Positions 24,801 through 33,478 of a stretch of DNA of 40,225 nucleotides are shown here, piece after piece. Position 1 is the first letter of the stretch; every line of letters starts with the position of its first letter. Location: contig CAZLHA010000003.1 of NCBI GenBank assembly GCA_964559155.1, forward strand, positions 1 to 40,225, given 5' to 3'. The position numbers and the translations under genes were made by a program. The notes under the pieces were generated by a model, which saw only the letters and a program-made list of their open reading frames with translations, ran no database searches and was not told the origin of the DNA. This DNA is from an uncultured Candidatus Bathyarchaeia archaeon. GTDB taxonomy: Archaea; Thermoproteota; Bathyarchaeia; TCS64.

Positions 24801-27243
24801 CGATGAGATAGGGGAAATTTTTAATGATCTTTTCGGCAGTGAAGATCCTGAACCGTGGATAGGCTTGTCAGATGAAATTGAAGGGTACCATGAATCAGTG
24901 AGTGACAAAATGTTGGAAGATTGGGGTCTCATGATAGATTGGGGGGACCTGCAGGAATCCGATCAAGAAATCGTCTCGGCACTTAATGAATTTTTTGATG
25001 AGGCGTTCACTGCAATAGATGATGCTCTTGCAACGGATCTACAGAAAGTTTTTTCTGATCTTGATCTTGATTCTGGTGATATATACGTTGATCTCCTCGA
25101 ATATGAGGATGATCTTGAAGGGGCCGCTCTTGAGGTTCTGGATCAGCTTTTTGGCGAGACATTGCCTGATCTTATTTCATCTTATGAGCTTGATGAGGGC
25201 TTTTTCGATTTGTCTTTCTTCGAGGATATCCAGGATGAAGAAGAAGACTTGTATTCTACTTTTGCCGGCTTGCTCGATATTATGGATGCCTTTGGTTCCC
25301 AGTCAGAGTTTCTTGATGCCTTGAATCGACAAATTGACGAGTTCAACTTAGGCACAGAAGAGGCCTATGAAAACCTTGAAATAATGGCTTCTGCTTTTTC
25401 TGAGATAGACAGCGTTTTGGAGGCTCTTGCTGCTACAGAAACGATGTCCAGTATGCGGGACACTCAGGACGCTTGGGACTCATTGGTTGAAACTCTTGAG
25501 GAAGCCAATGCCACCACTGAGCAAGTAGATGAAGCATTACAGGCAATGAATGAAACTCTCGGCGCCACTATATCAGGCATAACCGCATCCAGCCTTGAAT
25601 CTGCTCTGACTGGTGACACAGACATAACGGAATTGCTTTCTGAAGGGTTAAGAAGCACATTCGCATCGGCTATCGCTGAATCGTTATATAGTGATGTATT
25701 TGAGGCTTTCAACGAAGGTATTGGAGAGGTTTATGAAGAAGGAGGCTTGGACGCTGTTGCAGAAGCTCTCCCGGATCTTATTGAATCATTGGATCTTGAA
25801 ACGATCACAGAATCACAGGAAGAATTGGAAGTGTTGGAAGAGATCCTTGCAGAATTGGGCTTGACCGCAAGTGATGCGGCAAAAGCTGTTGAGGGATTGT
25901 CCGCCGCCTCTATACAAGCGGCCCAAGCTGAAATTGCGGGAACATCCGGGGAATATGAATTATCACAGATTGCACAAAGGCTGGATTGGCAGGAGATATA
26001 TGGAGGAATTCCGTCTGAAGAGGAGATCCGTTCCGGCATCGAATGGATTGTGGGAGCATCTACGGACGAAATAGCTGACCTTGCTACATCATTAGGGCTT
26101 TCTACATCTCAGTTGTTAGACGATGTGGGCTCACTGAGCGAAGCATTCGATTCCATTGACGAGGCGGCAGCAGATGCAGCAGATGCAACAGAGGACATGG
26201 CGGAAGCGTTGCGAAATGAGATAGAGGCGCTGAAAGATACTATTGGTGCAATGGAAGCTTTGGAGGATCTATTTGAGAACATATCTGGTGCTGGTGATCT
26301 TGCGGCTGTTCAAAGCATGGAATATTTTGAACGCCGATATCAGGAGTTATTTGAAGAGGCCCAGACTGGTGGAGAGCGAGAAGTTGAGAACTTCACTGCT
26401 TTCGCTGAAAAATATCTCAAGTACGCACAAGGCTTTGGGAATTACGAAGAGCGTGCCTCAGATGTTCTGGGTGATATAGAAGAGCTGGAAGATAATATTT
26501 CTGATGGCCGCACCCTCAGTGATTTGTATGATCAGTTAGATGTAACAAATGCCGAACTGGACGAGATTGAAAAAAGCACAGCAGCAACGGCGCAAGGCAT
26601 GGCAGATGCATTAGGGGAAGCCCTTGAAGATCTGATGGAAACCACCACAACCCCTGGGTGGGAGCAGGAAGGCTGGAGTGAAAGTGGCATGACCGGCTTG
26701 CGGGATCTATACAGGGAAGCTATGGAGATTGGAATTGAAGGCGGTCTTGGATCTGGGTTTGAGATGGGAGAAGGCTGGCTCGGTGAAGGTTCAGGGGTAG
26801 ATATTCAACAGCTTTCTACTGGTGGGTACAAAGCCACCTTATACGGAGAAGGCGGAGACGAATTGGCGTCTGGTTATTTTTCCAGTATTGAAGGGATTAC
26901 CAAATCAGATGTTTGGGAGATTGCCACTCAATCTCAGGCCATTATGGATCTTTGGGAATCTATGTTTGGCCCCGGTGGTACGAAAGGATATGCTTCCGGC
27001 GGATATGCTACAGGCTTGAGTGTGGTTGGAGAACAAGGGCCTGAGATAGTTGATTTTGGTTCTCAGGGGGCAGAGGTGTACAGCAACGAGGAATCAGCAG
27101 GCATGATCGAAGGGGCATCAGGCGGCCCGACTCAAATCGTTCTTCAGGTTGATCGTAAGGTATTAGGAAAGGTGATAATCGAAGAAGCCAAATATAATAA
27201 GGCGTTTGGCAAACAAATAATCAAACAAATACAGGCGGCTTGA
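21886..27243 (+). CDS. Tail tape measure protein (1785 aa)
   Basis: GAGGAG RBS. The N-terminal TMP core reads ...MGATTEFSASQAAKGIELLTMGG.... Size and position fit. The C-terminal GYASGGYATGLSVVGEQGPEIVDFG motif is common in TMPs. Confidence 0.9.
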   Translation: MAYELSDIYVKVGMDMTEFQKGVKQVHSSFSKMQKNTAAVTSGFKKLTVATAGAGYAASKSIGYFAKYERSLSRIQLLGDATADTMNTVRDVVKKMGATTEFSASQAAKGIELLTMGGLELQKSMAALPEVINLATTSQTDMARAADIATNVMGQYSLAANELVRVNDALAKVQLTSNTNVLQAATAFEYAGTTAATMGLEIEELAGWIGIMAEKGIKGQRAGRMFRNVMLSMNDPTVEAKKVFEEYNVELEKSPGVLRPVGDIMQDIATKITNQGDRMRILNKETADVNKVFQAYADGTLPDYIRQIETADGVSANFAETLRKDVKGEIDTLIATIESVGIAIWERYSDEIEEAIEAVADTIRKHRLDIVDMTDGIANAIEGIANIDVDNSALAAMFDTMKKMMGLFSSLPPEIAGATGMGLVGTFLFGAKGGLLLGGGSYLLNELDDFFTGLDAVRLGEMSWADFFGDEDKFEAKVNKYNEKLKDAAVNFEGVVAEQFTEIGDLTHYIDVAENKFDVLFNNLQDAARMFGINSKAYNEAGQALEDFGVKLYSFKQQRLALRDEEFMDPQTLADLAYFNDLNEKSAERIKEVGAAYNNTSGEAGAWSKDLDELILKYVEETKTLGMSERELALHNAEMKLGTKVYEANIKEIKKFINAHFDKEAQLEKDNSVKKVIDELKREREALYQTDQELYVYNKLKEAGVEAGSEAAETIKEEANRVFELKENLEELREAAENFDYGDLPEAIGLGGAGEDDDEYFKKREDAYKNFLDDTLDWELEALEERYDLAIDHAKEQGEDTAAITEQYEKEKADIVAKHTEKTTSEMEKKWNHVTENIHDAMADTFEDMFDEGLDSWEDFADSILDMMKSAFAEMAAYDLMISMGFDVGEGTGLSDFLESSGISSMASENSLLGSVLGGVGDLMGGLKSSLSTLTSQISSFGAVEAGTGATAGLSLSAVATAGLTAALVLFSDEIGEIFNDLFGSEDPEPWIGLSDEIEGYHESVSDKMLEDWGLMIDWGDLQESDQEIVSALNEFFDEAFTAIDDALATDLQKVFSDLDLDSGDIYVDLLEYEDDLEGAALEVLDQLFGETLPDLISSYELDEGFFDLSFFEDIQDEEEDLYSTFAGLLDIMDAFGSQSEFLDALNRQIDEFNLGTEEAYENLEIMASAFSEIDSVLEALAATETMSSMRDTQDAWDSLVETLEEANATTEQVDEALQAMNETLGATISGITASSLESALTGDTDITELLSEGLRSTFASAIAESLYSDVFEAFNEGIGEVYEEGGLDAVAEALPDLIESLDLETITESQEELEVLEEILAELGLTASDAAKAVEGLSAASIQAAQAEIAGTSGEYELSQIAQRLDWQEIYGGIPSEEEIRSGIEWIVGASTDEIADLATSLGLSTSQLLDDVGSLSEAFDSIDEAAADAADATEDMAEALRNEIEALKDTIGAMEALEDLFENISGAGDLAAVQSMEYFERRYQELFEEAQTGGEREVENFTAFAEKYLKYAQGFGNYEERASDVLGDIEELEDNISDGRTLSDLYDQLDVTNAELDEIEKSTAATAQGMADALGEALEDLMETTTTPGWEQEGWSESGMTGLRDLYREAMEIGIEGGLGSGFEMGEGWLGEGSGVDIQQLSTGGYKATLYGEGGDELASGYFSSIEGITKSDVWEIATQSQAIMDLWESMFGPGGTKGYASGGYATGLSVVGEQGPEIVDFGSQGAEVYSNEESAGMIEGASGGPTQIVLQVDRKVLGKVIIEEAKYNKAFGKQIIKQIQAA

Positions 27244-27244
27244 T

Positions 27245-27652
27245 ATGGCAGGAAAACTTGCAGATTATCTTTCAACGACGACAGCGGATTATACAGCAAC
27301 ACAGCTCGATATAGCCCCTCAGAAGGTTATGGTTGAATCCGGATCGTTTCGACAAAAAACGGTGGAATTTGACGATACTAACGTGGCTGTTCTGACCCGA
27401 TCCACAACTCCGATATTTCTCTTTGCGATACAGTGGAACGGGTTGACGGACGCTGATGCCAACACAATTCTTGATTTTTATTTTGATACAGCGAAAGCCA
27501 AAGGTAGGGCTCGGACATTTGAATTTCCGCACCCGCATAGCAATGATACCAACACATACATTGTTCGATTCTGGACAAAGCTGGAACGAGAAACCCGATA
27601 TAGAATGAAAATTAAACAGATAAAACTCAAGGTTGAAGGATACAAAGCATGA
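27245..27652 (+). CDS. Minor/distal tail protein
   Basis: 135 aa, immediately after the TMP. Positional call. Confidence 0.5.
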   Translation: MAGKLADYLSTTTADYTATQLDIAPQKVMVESGSFRQKTVEFDDTNVAVLTRSTTPIFLFAIQWNGLTDADANTILDFYFDTAKAKGRARTFEFPHPHSNDTNTYIVRFWTKLERETRYRMKIKQIKLKVEGYKA

Positions 27653-29169
27653 GTGATGTTGTAACACGATGGGAAGACACTACTGCCATTGGATGGGAAG
27701 ACACCGCTACTATCGGATGGGAAGATCATGCTGTGGATCTCACGACGTCATCAGTTGATTTCGCATGGGTTTTTGAAATACCGGGTACAGGAGATTATTG
27801 GAGCACTCAAGACATTACGATTGCTGGACAAGCCTATGAAGCCAAGGTAAACCCGGATTTCGATGGAATTAAGATCGCCAAAAGTTATAACGGGGCAGAG
27901 CGAATTCATGTGCTGGAGGATATTGAGATACAGGTTCCGGATGAGAGTGATTCGTTCAGTTCGAGTACATACATTGGAGAAGATATTAATGTCCTGATCT
28001 GGGTAGATGATGGAACCAATTCCGATTTTATCCGGAAGTTCAAATTCACCTGCATCTCAGCCAAGGTCATTTATGATGTAATGCATCTGGTTCTGCGGGA
28101 TGCCTTCGCATATCATGATCTGGAGGTTATGTACCCTGATACGGTACTTATATCAGATGTCTGGATGTCTGATGGAGATGCCGATCTTGGCTATTGTATG
28201 CCGATTCCTTTTGGCACAGCCTATATTCCGTTGCCTTCCGCTTATATCACAGATCAACGGTATTACGTTCTTGGAGAAACAGACGGCACTTATACAATCA
28301 ACGAGGTGCGTCCACCCTATGATTGGCCTCAATCCGTCTGGACATCAGCCGGATATTCATTCACTCAATCCACAAAGGATAGTTATCGTGTTTTTCAGGC
28401 AATTATAGCCGATTCCGATGAGGATGGTGCTGCTGATGCCAATGGGCTTTTTAAACAAGGTGGAGAATTTCAGCCAATTTCGACAAGATACACTCGGAGT
28501 GATACTGATGACAAAACAAACCCGGCTGAAATCATAGCGGATCTTATTTTCAATGGCTCAACTATTAATGTTGACCCGAGTTTTTGGGATTTGCCTGTAG
28601 AATTTAACGGGGCCTTTACTGAGCGGAAAAATAGATATAAATGGGCCAGCATGATTTTGAAAGCATGCCATGCCTGTTTGCGAATTGATGCAAATGGAAA
28701 CCGAGAAGTACGAAGCTTGGTTTCGACTCAGCAAGCTACGCTTACATCATCAAATATTATAGCGGATTCCTTCAGTTACGATAATATCCCGGATTCTGAT
28801 GATCAGTATGACGGGGGTTATATTCAGTTTCCGGAAGACGGCAAACCACAGCATATTTTGTATAAATACAAGGTGGGGCTTGGAGGAGCGGCATCTTCTA
28901 ATCCGACCAGTGACACGCTTGATTTGCAATTTGTTGAGGACACAGAGGATGCTCAAAAGTTGGGTGTTTTGTATTTTGAACGGACCATAAATCAAAAAGC
29001 AGATATCGGTTTTGACGCATATATTGATATGCTCAGGAGAAATCCGGATCAGGTGATCGAAATATCCGGAGAATTATATGAAGGAGAAACAGCGTATAAT
29101 GTTGTGATAGACAAAATGGAAATAGACGCTGATTTAACAGTTAAATTAAGCTGTACGGAGTTTTTCTAA
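27649..29169 (+). CDS. Minor tail / baseplate-hub-like protein
   Basis: 506 aa, ATGA coupling. Positional call. The N-terminus has WEDTxxIG repeats. Confidence 0.5.
   Translation: MSDVVTRWEDTTAIGWEDTATIGWEDHAVDLTTSSVDFAWVFEIPGTGDYWSTQDITIAGQAYEAKVNPDFDGIKIAKSYNGAERIHVLEDIEIQVPDESDSFSSSTYIGEDINVLIWVDDGTNSDFIRKFKFTCISAKVIYDVMHLVLRDAFAYHDLEVMYPDTVLISDVWMSDGDADLGYCMPIPFGTAYIPLPSAYITDQRYYVLGETDGTYTINEVRPPYDWPQSVWTSAGYSFTQSTKDSYRVFQAIIADSDEDGAADANGLFKQGGEFQPISTRYTRSDTDDKTNPAEIIADLIFNGSTINVDPSFWDLPVEFNGAFTERKNRYKWASMILKACHACLRIDANGNREVRSLVSTQQATLTSSNIIADSFSYDNIPDSDDQYDGGYIQFPEDGKPQHILYKYKVGLGGAASSNPTSDTLDLQFVEDTEDAQKLGVLYFERTINQKADIGFDAYIDMLRRNPDQVIEISGELYEGETAYNVVIDKMEIDADLTVKLSCTEFF
27670..27729 (+). 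repeat. In-frame 24-nt tandem repeat, 2.5 copies (WEDTTAIG WEDTATIG WEDH)
   Basis: TGGGAAGACACTACTGCCATTGGA, TGGGAAGACACCGCTACTATCGGA and TGGGAAGATCAT, read directly from the sequence. Confidence 0.8.
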
Positions 29170-30008
29170 TGGCTTTTTCAAACTTTGACGATCTTTCCGT
29201 TTCTGCATTGACTATCAGCGAGGATGACTCGACCGAATCTTGGGACATGATTATCCAGGGGCCGGATGGCGCGACTTCCTCTGGCGATGAACAAACGGAG
29301 GTGACAAAGAACGTCAAACTTGGAACAAATGGCAAGCTAAAAACGTCTGTCAACCCGTCCAGTAATGGAGGGCTGATCATTGAGAACACAAAAATACATG
29401 GATACAATTCGAGTGGTACAAAGCTGCTGGAGTTGGTGTACGGGGGGACCAATGAGGGGGACGCCTATTTTGGGGACTATGATGGCGGAAATTCTGGTAT
29501 AAAATACGACCATTCGGCGGGCACACTTGATTACAGAGGTGAGAAAGGGGACTGGGCAGACAGGGTTAACATGACCGCCCAAGAGGGCTGTAACGTGTGG
29601 CTTTCCAGTGATCAGTCCATCTCGTCCAGCACCGATACAAAAATTAATTTTGATAGAGAACTTTGGGACACAGGCAATGATTTCAATACTTCAAACAATC
29701 GGTATACGTGTGATGATGACAGTAAATTGCTTGTTTCTTTACACATAATCACTACTCGCGGCGACATCGGCTCATTAGACGAGGTGGCTATTATGATATT
29801 TGTTAATGGGACGGAAGTAAAGGTGGGTGGGGATTTATTGCCCGGCGCAATCACTGATTATAATTATCCACCATCACCATTGATTGCTGCTCTCGATCTT
29901 GATGAAGGGGATTATGTGGAACTATACACCTATCAAACAGCAACAGATAACCCAGGCGTGGATAGTTCAAACAATAGATCATTTTGTTGTATACAGAAAC
30001 TTGCTTAA
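29169..30008 (+). CDS. Tail fibre / receptor-binding protein with C1q/TNF-like C-terminal domain
   Basis: TAATG coupling. The C-terminal 140 aa (VWLSSDQSISSSTDTKINFDRELWDTGNDFNTSNNRYTCDDDSKLLVSLHI...IFVNGTEV...LDEGDYVELY...RSFCCIQKL) follows the C1q-domain strand pattern. Confidence 0.5.
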   Translation: MAFSNFDDLSVSALTISEDDSTESWDMIIQGPDGATSSGDEQTEVTKNVKLGTNGKLKTSVNPSSNGGLIIENTKIHGYNSSGTKLLELVYGGTNEGDAYFGDYDGGNSGIKYDHSAGTLDYRGEKGDWADRVNMTAQEGCNVWLSSDQSISSSTDTKINFDRELWDTGNDFNTSNNRYTCDDDSKLLVSLHIITTRGDIGSLDEVAIMIFVNGTEVKVGGDLLPGAITDYNYPPSPLIAALDLDEGDYVELYTYQTATDNPGVDSSNNRSFCCIQKLA

Positions 30009-30022
30009 TCAAAGGAGGCAAT

Positions 30023-30316
30023 ATGATAATAGAATTTCGGGAGGATGACGGCGGTATTATCCGTCAAATACAAATACCGAAGGAAAATGAAGCCGCTTTG
30101 TTTACTAACATGGCAGATCCCGTTGAATGGTTGGTTAATCTGTTGACAAATAAAGCCCGCAAAGTAACAGACAAAATTGTGGAGAGATCTGGGGAAGGTT
30201 CCCGGTTTACTTCACCAGAAAAAAAAGTCCAGATTGTGGCTGATTTGTACAAAAAGGATGATGAATTGATGAAGCCGGTAAAAGAAGCTGCAAACTATGG
30301 ACAAGGTAAAAGGTAA
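30023..30316 (+). CDS. Hypothetical protein (97 aa)
   Basis: ATG 30023 lies 5 nt after AAGGAGG. The track ORF start at 29984 overlaps the previous gene and lacks an RBS. Confidence 0.45.
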   Translation: MIIEFREDDGGIIRQIQIPKENEAALFTNMADPVEWLVNLLTNKARKVTDKIVERSGEGSRFTSPEKKVQIVADLYKKDDELMKPVKEAANYGQGKR

Positions 30317-30330
30317 AAGGAAGGTGAGCA

Positions 30331-31029
30331 ATGAGTAAAGATGCTATACTAAGAACGGGATTAACCGGGGGTGGCGCTGGAGATCTTGATAATTATCCAG
30401 TGGCCGATTGTGAGACTGGTAAGATTGCATTGGCTGTTATCAGCACGGGCCATCATATTTTTTATTATGACGAAACAGAATCCGGCGCTGAATCATCACC
30501 CAATATAATCATCCCGGATGATAATTCGAGCGGCACCGGTGCTTGGGTGTTGAGTGATATTGTTACAGGTGACATCACCGCAGACGGCATCTATCTTGGT
30601 GGCTCTGGCTCGGACAACTATTTAGATGATTATGAGGAAGGCACGCACACTGCAACGATTACTTGTGACACAAGTGGTACGGTGACATTGAAGTCAGATA
30701 TAGACACTTTGGCTTATACAAAAGTAGGCCGACAGGTAACGATTACAGGACGACTGGAGGTTGATTCTGTCTCATCGCCTGAAGGGAGGTTTAGCATCAG
30801 TCTCCCATTTTCAATAGAAAATTTAAGTGAAAAATCTGAAAATTTCGCTTCTGCTGTAACAATGGATAGGGTGAGTGCAGCCAATGTGGCTGACTTTGTT
30901 ACCCACTCATTTTCTAGTTCATATCTGAGGGTATTTTTAGGAGACGGTACCAATTATGCTACTGATTCAGCAGAGGAATTACAAGCAGATACAAGAATAA
31001 TAGTTGGTGCCACATACTTTACTTCATAA
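30331..31029 (+). CDS. Putative tail fibre / structural protein
   Basis: 232 aa with an RBS. The N-terminus TGLTGGGAGDLDNYPVADCETGKIALAV resembles the N-termini of phage fibre proteins. The rest is a beta-rich S/T/G composition. Confidence 0.4.
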   Translation: MSKDAILRTGLTGGGAGDLDNYPVADCETGKIALAVISTGHHIFYYDETESGAESSPNIIIPDDNSSGTGAWVLSDIVTGDITADGIYLGGSGSDNYLDDYEEGTHTATITCDTSGTVTLKSDIDTLAYTKVGRQVTITGRLEVDSVSSPEGRFSISLPFSIENLSEKSENFASAVTMDRVSAANVADFVTHSFSSSYLRVFLGDGTNYATDSAEELQADTRIIVGATYFTS

Positions 31030-31043
31030 AGGAGAGCAACAAA

Positions 31044-31292
31044 ATGACATTAGAAAAACAAGAAATAGTTGATAAAATTGAAATAGTAGGTCCACATCGC
31101 CATGTACAGGTACGAAAAGCCACAGTGATTTTAGAAGACGGCAAGGAATTAAGCAGGTCTTTTAAACGACATGTGGTTAATCCGGGACAGAGCAACAGCA
31201 AAGAAGATAATCTTGTGCAGGCGGTTTGCAATGCTGTACATACAAAAGATGTAGTTGATGATTTTAATGTTAAAAAAAATGAAGAGGTGTGA
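31044..31292 (+). CDS. Hypothetical protein (82 aa)
   Basis: AAGGAGAG RBS. Confidence 0.4.
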   Translation: MTLEKQEIVDKIEIVGPHRHVQVRKATVILEDGKELSRSFKRHVVNPGQSNSKEDNLVQAVCNAVHTKDVVDDFNVKKNEEV

Positions 31293-31293
31293 A

Positions 31294-31752
31294 ATGAAAT
31301 GTCCGAAGTGCGGTTATGAATGGCAAGGTGAAGCAATGGAGTCTTTTCTGCAAGTATTCGGCGGGGGATCTGCCGGGCATAAGCGAAGAACTCTGAATGA
31401 TGAAATGAAAGAGATCCTTGGCATGGGAATCGGAGATCAGGAAGAATGGGGAGAGGGTACGATTGAAAGGCGTAACGCAGAAGTTTGGGTTTATCACCAC
31501 CCTGATATCGAAGGCGGCCAGCAGTGGTTTTCTGCTCATGTCGATCTTCGCGGCATGGCTATGCGATATCCAATGATTGAAGAGGATTTTGTTGATCGGA
31601 TGGGGAAAAAATTCTGGACTTCTGCTTATGACTGGCAAAAACCGGATCATGCCCCGTATAATGGGTTTACGGGCTTCACCAGCGACCAAGTAGAGCGTGG
31701 TGTCGTTTCATGTGCAGAGGTGGGTCTGAAGGGGCTCAAGGTGGCGGTCTAA
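31294..31752 (+). CDS. Hypothetical protein with N-terminal CxxC (zinc-ribbon-like)
   Basis: ATG 31294 (MKCPKCGYEW) follows GAGG. The earlier track start overlaps the upstream gene. Confidence 0.45.
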   Translation: MKCPKCGYEWQGEAMESFLQVFGGGSAGHKRRTLNDEMKEILGMGIGDQEEWGEGTIERRNAEVWVYHHPDIEGGQQWFSAHVDLRGMAMRYPMIEEDFVDRMGKKFWTSAYDWQKPDHAPYNGFTGFTSDQVERGVVSCAEVGLKGLKVAV

Positions 31753-31753
31753 A

Positions 31754-32188
31754 TTGAAACAAGTAATTATAACATCCGGTCCATCAACAGAACAGGGCAC
31801 CCTTTCGAGGGTGTCCGTTCCTCACGCCGAATGGGCCTGTTTCGCTCTTGAGCTGCCGTGGAAAGACAACAGAACCAACGTGTCTTGCATCCCAGCGGGG
31901 GAATATGAAGTGGCCTATACTTTTTCACCTCATTTTGGGAAAAAGACATATCAGATAATTAATGTTCCCGAACGCTCTGGTATTCGTATTCATTCAGGAG
32001 TATGGGCCGGCGATAAATCCAAGGGATATCACACGCATTCGCTTGGATGTCCTCTATTTGGCAAAAAATATGGAACTCACAAGGGACAAAAGGCCATCTT
32101 TCTTTCATCTCTGGCTATTGGAAAATTTGAGCGGTTGATGCACCGAGAGCCTTTTGTCATCAAAATAAGGAGACAAGCAAATGACTGA
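31754..32188 (+). CDS. DUF5675-like protein, candidate cell-wall hydrolase
   Basis: TTG start. LELPWKDNRTNVSCIPAGEYEV...INVPERSGIRIHSG...HSLGCPLFG matches my memory of the DUF5675 pattern. Lies directly upstream of the holin. Confidence 0.45.
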   Translation: MKQVIITSGPSTEQGTLSRVSVPHAEWACFALELPWKDNRTNVSCIPAGEYEVAYTFSPHFGKKTYQIINVPERSGIRIHSGVWAGDKSKGYHTHSLGCPLFGKKYGTHKGQKAIFLSSLAIGKFERLMHREPFVIKIRRQAND

Positions 32189-32750
32189 TATAATAGCATC
32201 TATACTTTCTGGCGGAGCAACAGGTCTTATTGGATCTGCTTTATCGTCAGTTATGGATTTTTTTAAATTAAAACAGCAACATGCTCACGACCTTGAAATG
32301 GGGAAGTTAGAGCAAGAAACACTCAAGCTGGAGACGGCCAGGGATGTGACGATTGCAAAGGAAGAAGCTGAAACTAAAAAACAAGTATCGGAAGATGAGG
32401 CGGATGCTAAAGCACAGGTTGCTTCGTATGGCCAGGATTCGAGGCAGTATTTATCGTCTGAGGCAGTTAAATCTAGTAAGTTTGCAACTGTTCTGATGGC
32501 CATTGTGGACTTTTGTCGGGGCATGGTCAGGCCCACGATGGTTGTTTATTTGTGTGTTGCAACAACAGTGCAGGGTGTCTTTATTTATCTTGAGCTTCAG
32601 AATTCAGGGGTTATGCTGTCTCAGGAGCAACTGTACAATCTTATTATGATGTATGTAACTGGTGTGTTTTATATGACATTTACTGCTGTTGGCTGGTATT
32701 TTGGTTCTCGATCGAAATTTGATAAAATGATGAATAAGATGAAATTATAA
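32181..32750 (+). CDS. Holin, 3-TM (GTA-holin-like)
   Basis: AAGGAGA RBS. An N-terminal hydrophobic helix IIASILSGGATGLIGSALSSV, a charged linker, then two C-terminal TM segments (FATVLMAIVDF..RPTMVVYLCVATTV and MMYVTGVFYMTFTAVGWYF). Confidence 0.5.
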   Translation: MTDIIASILSGGATGLIGSALSSVMDFFKLKQQHAHDLEMGKLEQETLKLETARDVTIAKEEAETKKQVSEDEADAKAQVASYGQDSRQYLSSEAVKSSKFATVLMAIVDFCRGMVRPTMVVYLCVATTVQGVFIYLELQNSGVMLSQEQLYNLIMMYVTGVFYMTFTAVGWYFGSRSKFDKMMNKMKL

Positions 32751-32758
32751 GGGGTTGT

Positions 32759-33217
32759 ATGGCTGAAGCAACAGAAAATGGATACCGCAGAAAAACCGAT
32801 ACTGAGATAGGACATATTCACGAGGACATCAACGAGATTAAGGATAAGTTGTGCAGAATTACGGATAGTTTGCAGGAGTTGGTTGAGCAAAGAGTTAGAA
32901 TGGGGGATCTCCGTGAATCGACGAATGCATTGTGGGCTGAATATCGTAAACTGACCAGCGCGGATGGGATGCTCCACCGCATACAATCTTTTCAAGAGTC
33001 CTGCCCGCGTGAAGAAATAAGAGAGTACATTAAACAAAACACAGAAATGATGCGGGAGTTTCGGAAGGAACATACAAAAGACATTGAACGCCTGCAAGAA
33101 GAGAAGGCGGCAAAGGAAGAATTGCAGACGTTCAAAAAGAGGCAATGGGCGGTCATCGGTGTCTGGGGCCTTGGGATTCTCGGTATTTTTATTGCGATGG
33201 TTGTGCAGATTTTTTGA
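32759..33217 (+). CDS. C-terminally membrane-anchored coiled-coil protein (lysis accessory / spanin-like?)
   Basis: 152 aa. Charged helical body, then a single C-terminal TM segment WAVIGVWGLGILGIFIAMVVQIF. Last gene of the late operon. Confidence 0.4.
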   Translation: MAEATENGYRRKTDTEIGHIHEDINEIKDKLCRITDSLQELVEQRVRMGDLRESTNALWAEYRKLTSADGMLHRIQSFQESCPREEIREYIKQNTEMMREFRKEHTKDIERLQEEKAAKEELQTFKKRQWAVIGVWGLGILGIFIAMVVQIF

Positions 33218-33223
33218 TCAAAA

Positions 33224-33478
33224 TTAATTAAGGTCCACAAGATGATCCAAGCTTACATACGCTCTTCCGGGCGTAAAGCTTTTAATATCATCCCCTGAAG
33301 AAGTTACTTCAAGCAAGTCTATCCAGATACCACTGGGAGTTACTCCAAACTTTCCATGTATTTCCGATACGACTTTGGAGATTTCACTTTGAAGTCTCAT
33401 CTCTATGAATTCCTTTAAATCCTTGATTTCCTTTATACTTTGCCTTGCTTTCGTCCTGTCAAACTTAATTTCTGTCAT
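33224..33478 (-). CDS. Hypothetical protein (84 aa)
   Basis: AAAGGAAAGGAAA lies upstream of the ATG. Last gene of the leftward early operon. Confidence 0.45.
   Translation of the reverse strand: MTEIKFDRTKARQSIKEIKDLKEFIEMRLQSEISKVVSEIHGKFGVTPSGIWIDLLEVTSSGDDIKSFTPGRAYVSLDHLVDLN

Noticed and set aside
22297-26039. Multiple minus-strand ORFs (for example 22297..22983, 22794..23162, 24516..24932, 25731..26039) and short plus-strand ORFs inside the tape measure gene
   Set aside because: They are shadows of a long, compositionally biased gene, with S/A/P-rich translations and no start signals.
29169-31292. Possible diversity-generating retroelement or phase-variable fibre locus near the C1q-like fibre
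   Set aside because: There is no reverse transcriptase ORF and no template/variable repeat pair visible by eye. No invertase or inverted repeats flank the fibre genes.
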